A stretch of DNA of 64,000 nt. It comes from a virus. The translations under genes were made by a program, and so were the position numbers. The DNA lies in IMG/VR virus record IMGVR_UViG_3300046642_000296, positions 1 to 64,000 of that record. One strand, written 5' to 3'. The notes under the pieces were generated by a model. That model was not told the origin of the DNA, did no database searches, and saw nothing but the letters and a program-made list of their open reading frames with translations. Below, in pieces: positions 58,102 through 64,000 of the stretch (within the stretch, counting starts at the first letter, position 1; every line of letters starts with the position of its first letter).

Positions 58102-58781
58102 CAGATCTCTTTTGCCTCCACATCAATGATTCGTTGGCCAGCAATCTCCCTGGCTGTAACGCCACCCGCGATGAGTTGCTGCTGCTGTTCGGCGAGCTTG
58201 CGCATCATCTCCTTCATCTCCGTCATGCCACTGGATTCCTTGACATCGATGTTGATGAGCGGGCCGGCTTCCTTCGGCTTGGTCAGGTGGGTAAGCAGGG
58301 AGTTGGCTGCATCCGATCGCACCTTTGGCGACACATCTGGATCGCTCATCAGCACAACCTGGACGTTGATTGCCCGCTGGTAGATGTCCTGGTTAAGCAC
58401 CCAGCTCGGCACCAGCGACTGCTCCAGAATCAGGTTGACCAGCTTGCCCTTGGCATAGGCCGACACGTACGCGCTGATGTCCTTCTCGCTGGTTCCCTTG
58501 GCCATGAGCGTCTGGTAGCGACCGGGGAACGTCTTGAAGTAGGCGTCCTTGTTCGAGTCGCCCATCAGCTTGTAGGAGACGAAGGCCACGGCATGCACGT
58601 AGTCCTCGGTCTTGAACTTGCCGTCCTTGAGCACGCCGGTGTAGCTGATGAAGTTGTTGCGCACCTGCTCGGCGATGAGCGGATCGGCGGCGATGTTATT
58701 CACCAGATCCACCAGCTGCGGCGTGATGGCGTTCTTCAGGTTGGCGGGTACCGCCCGCTCAACGATTTCCTTGGTCAGCAT
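58101..58781 (-). CDS. N4 gp69-like protein (putative terminase small subunit)
   Basis: FISYTGVLKDGKFK and VRSDAANSLLTHL; ATG at 58781. Confidence 0.8.
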   Translation of the reverse strand: MLTKEIVERAVPANLKNAITPQLVDLVNNIAADPLIAEQVRNNFISYTGVLKDGKFKTEDYVHAVAFVSYKLMGDSNKDAYFKTFPGRYQTLMAKGTSEKDISAYVSAYAKGKLVNLILEQSLVPSWVLNQDIYQRAINVQVVLMSDPDVSPKVRSDAANSLLTHLTKPKEAGPLINIDVKESSGMTEMKEMMRKLAEQQQQLIAGGVTAREIAGQRIIDVEAKEI

Positions 58782-58885
58782 CAGTGAATGCCTCCCTTGC
58801 CCAGGTAGTCGATCGACCAGACAAGCCATCCGGCAAACGCCACGAGACAGGCAAGCAGGCCCACCCCAAATACAGTCCAGAACAT
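58781..58885 (-). CDS. Small membrane peptide (34 aa)
   Basis: Read directly: MFWTVFGVGLLACLVAFAGWLVWSIDYLGKGGIH; TGATG coupling to gp69. Confidence 0.6.
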   Translation of the reverse strand: MFWTVFGVGLLACLVAFAGWLVWSIDYLGKGGIH

Positions 58886-58950
58886 CTGATACCCCGTTAA
58901 CTGAGAAGGGCAGCGCGCTGGCTGCCCTGGATTGATTGCTGTGTGCCGGG

Positions 58951-59730
58951 TTACTCGGCGGCTGGCCCGCCAATACGGCAGCGAAGGATGTACAGGTAGT
59001 CCTCCATCGCACTCGCCTGCTTCACGAGCAGCCGGCGCTCGCGATCCGGCAGTGCTTCGAACGTCGGCGTCTTGCGGAAGATCTGCAGCTTCTCGAACTT
59101 CTCGCCAAGCTCCTGCTCCTCGAGCTTCAGCCGGTCCAGATAGGTGGTCTGACGGGGTTCAACACCGACCGTGTAGGCGTTCTCGAATACACCCTTGGGC
59201 GACCAGGAGATGTAGCCGGCAAAGCCTTCAACGTTCGGAGCACCGCCGTCCGTATACTCGACGAGGTAACCCTGTGTTTCCGGATCCTCATTGACCGGGA
59301 TCTCCCAGCCGCGCACTGCGTTGTAGGCACCCAGGTTCATCGGCACGGCCCGCACAACCTTTGTGCCGACATACGTCAGCGGCCGGGAGCCAAGGAGGGA
59401 AACAATCGCGCCAGTCGCCGGGCCTGCCTTGTCGATCAGTGCCAGCTTGCGGGCCAGCTCGAAACCGAGCAGCGGCCAGATCTGACCGACCGCGTCCTTC
59501 TTCGCAAACTCGCGGCCGATCTCCGGCTTGAAGTTTTCCTTGCTCACGCAGCTCGCCTTGCCCACAGCACTGAAGCGGCCATTGGCCATCGACAGCTGGG
59601 CAATCGTCGTGGTGCCGTCGGGCAGCAGCGTGTAGCTCTCCCCTTCGATCGTGGCCATCACCTGCTCAAGCGTCACCCGCGGGGCGACGGCAGCAGCGGC
59701 CAGTTGTGCTTCAGTAATCGGTGCGTTCAT
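58951..59730 (-). CDS. Three-domain fusion: Gp49/Sf6-gp66 domain + YxGTK...SWSPK domain + crAss001_48-like helical domain (putative multi-sponge anti-defence protein)
   Basis: PRVT...GKASCVSKENFKPEIG...IWPLLGF; YVGTKVVRAVPM...GYLVEY...GYISWSPKGVFENAY; RLKLEEQELGEKFEKL...LLVKQASAMEDYLYILRCRI. Confidence 0.78.
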   Translation of the reverse strand: MNAPITEAQLAAAAVAPRVTLEQVMATIEGESYTLLPDGTTTIAQLSMANGRFSAVGKASCVSKENFKPEIGREFAKKDAVGQIWPLLGFELARKLALIDKAGPATGAIVSLLGSRPLTYVGTKVVRAVPMNLGAYNAVRGWEIPVNEDPETQGYLVEYTDGGAPNVEGFAGYISWSPKGVFENAYTVGVEPRQTTYLDRLKLEEQELGEKFEKLQIFRKTPTFEALPDRERRLLVKQASAMEDYLYILRCRIGGPAAE

Positions 59731-59802
59731 GGTTGTCCTTCATCTGTTGGATAGTCCACATATAGACTCAATATAGTTTAGGGTCCATTTAGAGATCCGT
59801 CT

Positions 59803-59820
59803 ATAGATATATGTTTGGGG
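59803..59820 (+). promoter_or_regulatory. Conserved 18-bp motif copy
   Basis: ATAGATATATGTTTGGGG. Confidence 0.6.
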
Positions 59821-59867
59821 TTACAATGTGGCCAGTTAACAACAGACAACAACCGGGGGTTTGCCAT

Positions 59868-60056
59868 ATGAACTGGTATCAGAAGACAACAACCGCGCAG
59901 AAAATCTTCCTCTTTGCCCTGGCGATTCTTGCCATGGTCATTGGCGGGGCTGGGGGCTTCTCGGCAGAGCTCGAGATCGGTGGCCTGGTGGTCCTGCTTG
60001 TGCTGGTCTTCCTGCAGCTCGGCACGCTGAAGAAGAAGAAGCCCACCACCCTTTAA
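59868..60056 (+). CDS. Small two-TM membrane protein
   Basis: MNWYQK..., two hydrophobic helices and a KKKK tail. Confidence 0.7.
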   Translation: MNWYQKTTTAQKIFLFALAILAMVIGGAGGFSAELEIGGLVVLLVLVFLQLGTLKKKKPTTL

Positions 60057-60373
60057 TTTCCGGCAGGGCCGGCAGCTCGACACTCTATTTCTGTATGGGA
60101 ATGGGAGGGCTTCCCCTATGGTTGCTTCGCAACAGGAGGGAGGAAGCAGAACTATTCACTTCAAAAGAAGGCTGTGTTAACCTGGCCTGGCATCGGGTTT
60201 TTGCCAGCTTTTCCCCGATGTGGTTGAAGGGTTGACCGCGGACCTTTGCCTTCTCACCCCAGCAGAGAGTGGGGCTAATAACTTCTGCAGCTGAGGCCGT
60301 CGACCTCCTTCCCAGTTCCGGCTGGGCCTAGACGGTGACTCAACCCGGTGCCTGTATCGGTCAAGCAGGGAGC

Positions 60374-60414
60374 AGCCGAGAACATCTGACCCGCAGTGTT
60401 CTCGGCTTCTTTTT
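60374..60414 (+). terminator. Rho-independent terminator
   Basis: AGCCGAGAACA...TGTTCTCGGCT-TCTTTTT. Confidence 0.75.
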
Positions 60415-60422
60415 ACCCGAGA

Positions 60423-60440
60423 CCTCAAAGTTATCTCTAG
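60423..60440 (-). promoter_or_regulatory. Conserved 18-bp motif copy (reverse orientation)
   Basis: Reverse complement is CTAGAGATAACTTTGAGG; a second reverse copy is at 60585-60602. Confidence 0.7.
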
Positions 60441-60767
60441 TCGGCCCGATTTATCCTGCAGACAATCCCGCAGTCTTCCTTCCCTGGTTCAAAGAATCAT
60501 GGTGCTCAGACGGTTAGTTGCTTATTCAGACTGACATGAGCCAGGGAAAAGAGATCGGAGCGGTTCACACACCGCCCTGCCCTACCCCAAACTTATCCCT
60601 CGTATAGAGAAAAATTCTCGCCAAATTTTTTGGCCGAGGGTTCGGGCATTTTTCATAGTTACTTCCCATTGCAGTATTGGGGCTCTCCGAGCCCCTGTAC
60701 ACAGTACACCCCCCCGGTATGTCCAATCCCTGTGGCATAGGGTACCCACCCTGTACACATCTACACC

Positions 60768-60790
60768 GGCGCTCCGCGCCTTATGGATGA
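60768..60790 (+). promoter_or_regulatory. N4-type early (vRNAP) hairpin promoter 1; +1 predicted at G60785
   Basis: GGCGC-TCC-GCGCC-TTAT-GGATGA; the template strand forms a GGA triloop hairpin with N4-like spacing. Confidence 0.9.
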
Positions 60791-60832
60791 TCACTCATGA
60801 TCGTCATCTCTTAACTTACTTGGAGTCTGACC

Positions 60833-61174
60833 ATGGCAAACCTTCGTGTAACGCTTGGTGCAGTGTTCGGTGCAGTCACTGGTGCTGCTGATGCTGTCAC
60901 CAATTCGTTGGGCGCAGCCAACATGGCAGTTGGCATGCTCAACCGTTCGGTCAATGACGCTGCACAGCGTCAGGTTGTCCGTTCGAACTACGACAACAAA
61001 GTCTTCGCTGCGACTGTGAAGCAGGAAAAGGCTAAGGAGTTGACGATGAGTCGACTCGAAATCAAGCAGTTCATTGCTCAGTCGGAGGATCACGCTGATC
61101 TATACGCGGCAGCCTTCGACGAACTCGATGCTGCTCCTGTATCTGCTGCATATCCGTCTGTTCGTGCTGCCTGA
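60833..61174 (+). CDS. First early protein (N4 gp1-like)
   Basis: MANLRVTLGAVFGAV...; first gene after the early promoter, with a GGAG RBS. Confidence 0.75.
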   Translation: MANLRVTLGAVFGAVTGAADAVTNSLGAANMAVGMLNRSVNDAAQRQVVRSNYDNKVFAATVKQEKAKELTMSRLEIKQFIAQSEDHADLYAAAFDELDAAPVSAAYPSVRAA

Positions 61175-61258
61175 TCGTATCTAAGCGCAGCCTAAACGCT
61201 GGCCACTTCGGTGGTCAGCAACACACATCGTAGATAGACATCCGTCTCACTCACACAG

Positions 61259-61327
61259 GACAGATTGGCAAGCTGGATTGAGTTGAACTCATGTTCACCA
61301 CAGTCTGCTTGTCCATCTGTCTTTTTT
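61259..61327 (+). terminator. Long imperfect hairpin + U-tract (a UUCG hairpin is at 61198-61219)
   Basis: GACAGAT..GGCAAGC..GGATTG / CAGTCT..GCTTGTC..ATCTGTC-TTTTTT. Confidence 0.65.
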
Positions 61328-61337
61328 ACATCAATCA

Positions 61338-61355
61338 TTAGACATATCTTTGAGG
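61338..61355 (+). promoter_or_regulatory. Conserved 18-bp motif copy overlapping an RBS
   Basis: TTAGACATATCTTTGAGG. Confidence 0.7.
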
Positions 61356-61362
61356 TATACAC

Positions 61363-61686
61363 ATGGCACTCGCACAACTGAAAGTTGTTGAACCCGTCAG
61401 CCTGCTGGTAGAGGTTCAGCACCATGTTGAAAAGCTGCTCGAAACCCTGCGTGAGGCATTGCTTGAGGCACGTGATGCTACGGACGTGGCCTGGCTACGT
61501 GCTCGCTCCATCCGTGTACTGAACGCCATCTACGCGGACATTCCGGTGCTGCGTGATGAGTTCGTGCTGACTAAGCTCAATGCGCTGGAAGCCATTGAGC
61601 GTGAATCCATTGTCGGTTACGCACAGGCTGTCAGCCGCTCCAACAAATGGCGCAAAGCCTTGTGCAGCCGGTACTTCGGATCATGA
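61363..61686 (+). CDS. Hypothetical early protein
   Basis: GAGG RBS; helical ORF. Confidence 0.7.
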   Translation: MALAQLKVVEPVSLLVEVQHHVEKLLETLREALLEARDATDVAWLRARSIRVLNAIYADIPVLRDEFVLTKLNALEAIERESIVGYAQAVSRSNKWRKALCSRYFGS

Positions 61687-61759
61687 GCATCGAAGAACTT
61701 CTGGACCAGCTTGAGCGGTTGATCAAACGCCAGGCTGGCTAACCATGCCTCACTGAATC

Positions 61760-61782
61760 AGCGGCTCCGCCGCTTTTGGTTG
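61760..61782 (+). promoter_or_regulatory. N4-type early (vRNAP) hairpin promoter 2; +1 predicted at G61778
   Basis: AGCGGC-TCC-GCCGCT-TTT-GG. Confidence 0.88.
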
Positions 61783-61825
61783 GGTGCTGACCTACGAGCA
61801 CCATTCTCTACTTCTCTCCCAGTAA

Positions 61826-61843
61826 TTAGACATATCTCTAAGG
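61826..61843 (+). promoter_or_regulatory. Conserved 18-bp motif copy overlapping an RBS
   Basis: TTAGACATATCTCTAAGG. Confidence 0.65.
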
Positions 61844-61851
61844 AAACTATC

Positions 61852-62250
61852 ATGGCAATCGATTTCGCAACCACGTTCGGCAGCAAGGGTGGCAGCAAGG
61901 CAGCGGCCAACGAAGCACCGCAGAAGGCCAAGTTCTGGCTGAACATCGGCTACGAAGCTGAAGATGCAGGCGCCGACGGCGGTCCGGCATTCGTCAGCCT
62001 GCCGATCGGCATTCCGCTGGACACGCAGGAAAAGCTCAAGACGAACTCCAGCAACAAGGAATTCGCGCAGTTGCAGGCAGCCCGCAACGACCTGCTCGAG
62101 CAGTTGATCGCCCATGCGAAGCAGGAACTGAAGCCGGGCGAGGACATGATCATCGGCTTGCAGATCCAGTTGCGCTGCGTGCGTGAAGAACAGGAAGTCA
62201 GCGTCGGCGCGGACAACAAGTTCGCTCGCAAGATCGCTTTTGCGGCGTAA
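61852..62250 (+). CDS. drc: ssDNA-binding RNAP II cofactor (N4 gp2 / LUZ7 Drc-like)
   Basis: KAKFWLNIGY...FVSLPIGIPLD...ARNDLL; follows the second early promoter. Confidence 0.85.
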   Translation: MAIDFATTFGSKGGSKAAANEAPQKAKFWLNIGYEAEDAGADGGPAFVSLPIGIPLDTQEKLKTNSSNKEFAQLQAARNDLLEQLIAHAKQELKPGEDMIIGLQIQLRCVREEQEVSVGADNKFARKIAFAA

Positions 62251-62258
62251 ACCCCACA

Positions 62259-62317
62259 CGCGATATAACTTTGAGGAACCAGGCTACAATGCCTGCGTTC
62301 CTCAAATTTACTTCTAA
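62259..62317. promoter_or_regulatory. Inverted pair of 18-bp motifs forming a hairpin
   Basis: CGCGATATAACTTTGAGG-AACCAGGC-TACAAT-GCCTGCGTT-CCTCAAATTTACTTCTAA. Confidence 0.65.
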
Positions 62318-62391
62318 TGGATAGGCCACCAACCTAAATCCTAAGTTGGATAGCCACGTCCATTTTGACTAAGACAGCCTAAACACAAAAC

Positions 62392-62931
62392 GTGATCCAG
62401 AAACCACTCAAATATGCAGGCATTGGTCCTCGCCGGACTCCACTGGATGTCTGCGAACAGATAGTCAGTGTGAGCCGCCAGCTTTGTGAACAGGGATGGG
62501 TTGTGCGCTCTGGCCATGCCCAGGGAGCCGACCAGGCATGGGCCGTTGGCCACACTCCGGACAAGCGCGAGATCTACCTGCCATGGGCACGGTTCAACCT
62601 GCCTGGTGGCTTGCCGCAAGGATTCGCTGTCAGTCCAGTAACACCACAGCTTGAAGCTGTTGCACGCATCGCCCATCCAGCCTGGGACAGGCTAAACCAG
62701 GGCGGTCAGAAGCTCATGATGCGCAACGTCTCGATCATCCTCGGCCACGAGCTCGATGATCCCGTGCAGTTTGTCGCCTACTGGTCCGAGCAGCGCAAGG
62801 TCCAGGGCGGCACAGGCAACGCCGTCAATCTCGCATCACTCAATGGCATCCCGAGTTTCAACATCGCGTTCGAAGACGACCAGCTGGCCATGTCGGACTT
62901 CGTCGACTCGTTGCCACAGGGAGCTGCCTAG
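62392..62931 (+). CDS. SLOG/DprA-like Rossmann-fold protein
   Basis: YAGIGPRRTP, RSGHAQGADQAW, IYLPW, LMMRN and GGTGNAV. Confidence 0.78.
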   Translation: MIQKPLKYAGIGPRRTPLDVCEQIVSVSRQLCEQGWVVRSGHAQGADQAWAVGHTPDKREIYLPWARFNLPGGLPQGFAVSPVTPQLEAVARIAHPAWDRLNQGGQKLMMRNVSIILGHELDDPVQFVAYWSEQRKVQGGTGNAVNLASLNGIPSFNIAFEDDQLAMSDFVDSLPQGAA

Positions 62932-62952
62932 CAATAACAGACAGGAGCAGTC

Positions 62953-63282
62953 ATGTCCAACCCGAACCCGAAGACAGTGCTGACCGTACTGCGTATGACC
63001 GAAGCACAGATGAGAACGGTGGATCCCATCGCCCTGTATCAGGCCTTTTACGCATTACCGACCCACTATCCGCTTGCCATGTGTGATCTGAACACGGGCA
63101 AAGGGTTCGAGAGACTGAATAGCGCTGAGCGTGAAATTGCAGAACGCATCGTCCGTGTGATCCAGCAACGCTGCCCGATGCCGAAGGTCGAGCGCTGGAA
63201 GAAGTTCGAGGCACCGGCCGCCAATGACCCGGTGATTCCTGAATTACGCATTACCCACCATGGGGAGCCTGAAGAGGCGTAA
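62953..63282 (+). CDS. Hypothetical early protein
   Basis: AGGAG RBS. Confidence 0.7.
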   Translation: MSNPNPKTVLTVLRMTEAQMRTVDPIALYQAFYALPTHYPLAMCDLNTGKGFERLNSAEREIAERIVRVIQQRCPMPKVERWKKFEAPAANDPVIPELRITHHGEPEEA

Positions 63283-63316
63283 CCCCGTTTATCCACTGCT
63301 GAAAAGGAGTTTCACC

Positions 63317-63601
63317 ATGAAGAAGATCGCATTTCTCATCACTCTCGTTACCGCTTCGGCCGCTCACGCCAATGGCGCCAGTGGTAACGGCACTGCGGGC
63401 TCGGGCGCACCGGGCACGGGCAACGCAGGCGCAGGTGTCGCTGTGCTCGGCTATGTCGATAACTGGCAGACCATGAACCCGGTGCAGCGCGAGAGCATCG
63501 TTGCAGCACAACCGACGCAGAAGTCCGTGCCTAGCGCGAAGGCTGAGTGGCCGTCATGGGTGAAGCTGAGCCCGCAGAGCAACCAGCTGGCCGGCAAGTA
63601 A
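63317..63601 (+). CDS. Secreted/periplasmic Gly-rich protein
   Basis: AAGGAG RBS; Sec signal MKKIAFLITLVTASAAHA. Confidence 0.72.
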   Translation: MKKIAFLITLVTASAAHANGASGNGTAGSGAPGTGNAGAGVAVLGYVDNWQTMNPVQRESIVAAQPTQKSVPSAKAEWPSWVKLSPQSNQLAGK

Positions 63602-63635
63602 GGAAACCGCCAACCAAGTTTCAAAGGACAGAAGG

Positions 63636-63956
63636 ATGGCTACCGAAAAGAAAGTGGCATTCATTGCCCACGCACGCATCACACACATCGCTGATGCCGA
63701 TCCGAGCAAGCGCGAGGGTGAGGAATATTTCATCCTGCGCGCCATGATGATTGTCGATCGTCCTCAGCGTGATGGCCGGGTATTCAGCGTTGGCGATGAG
63801 GTCACCACCTCTCGCCTGCTACGCATCGACATCGAGAAGAACGAGTTCGAAACCAAGAACACGATCTATAAGATCATCCCGTCGCATCTGATCGAGGTCT
63901 ATCGAATGACTGACCCGAACAGCACGCCTAAGAACCCGAAGGTCAACTGGATCTGA
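63636..63956 (+). CDS. Hypothetical early protein
   Basis: GDEVTTSRLL...FETKNTIYKI, a pattern typical of small phage proteins. Confidence 0.7.
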   Translation: MATEKKVAFIAHARITHIADADPSKREGEEYFILRAMMIVDRPQRDGRVFSVGDEVTTSRLLRIDIEKNEFETKNTIYKIIPSHLIEVYRMTDPNSTPKNPKVNWI

Positions 63957-64000
63957 ACCAGGGGAAAGGGCAATGACGCAATCGACGCTGCTCACACAGT

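Larger units (their letters stand above)
60057..60767. other. Probable genome terminus / terminal-repeat region (assembly joins the late end to the early start)
   Basis: A hairpin-rich non-coding stretch between the terminase/gp69 block and the first early promoter, matching N4 genome organisation. Confidence 0.6.

Noticed and set aside
58782-59012. Extended 303-aa gp69 start
   Set aside because: It overlaps two other ORFs; the conserved-looking part begins at MLTKEIV (58781).
61683-61742. 19-aa ORF MSIEELLDQLERLIKRQAG
   Set aside because: It has ATGA coupling but is too short to support without translation data.
1-64000. Integrase, partition genes, introns/inteins, HNH homing endonucleases or flanking host DNA
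   Set aside because: None were recognised. A temperate lifestyle cannot be claimed from this window, although part of the genome (including the RNAP II genes) lies outside it.

Overview
The whole window is phage DNA from an N4-like podovirus (Schitoviridae; my eye estimate is about 60% GC), and the assembly runs through the genome ends. Positions 1-23.9 kb (+ strand) hold the middle/replication genes: vWA-metallopeptidase, dCTP deaminase, ThyX, rIIA/rIIB, MazG-like pyrophosphohydrolase, helicase, family A DNA polymerase, PD-(D/E)XK nuclease, primase, Sak4-like ATPase, SSB and RuvC-like resolvase. Positions 23.9-59.7 kb (- strand) hold the late genes: a 3622-aa virion RNA polymerase, ejection proteins, major capsid, portal, a lysis cassette, a swapped tail module, adaptor and terminase. 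Positions 59.8-60.8 kb are a structured, largely non-coding probable terminus. From 60.8 kb onward (+ strand) are early genes behind two N4-type hairpin vRNAP promoters. The RNAP II subunit genes are not in the window. The most notable observations are: (1) a three-domain fusion of putative immune-signal 'sponge' domains at 58951-59730, plus a stand-alone Tad2/DUF2829 gene; (2) a self-contained cassette at 1.65-2.07 kb with a sigma70 promoter, a small ORF, a ~150-nt structured RNA candidate and a terminator; (3) an 18-bp intergenic motif (consensus about YTAGAnWTAWSTTTGAGG) with at least 13 copies in both orientations; (4) a genome-wide GARCCAR+purine-run motif. All family assignments come from motif recognition and N4 gene order; no database searches were run.
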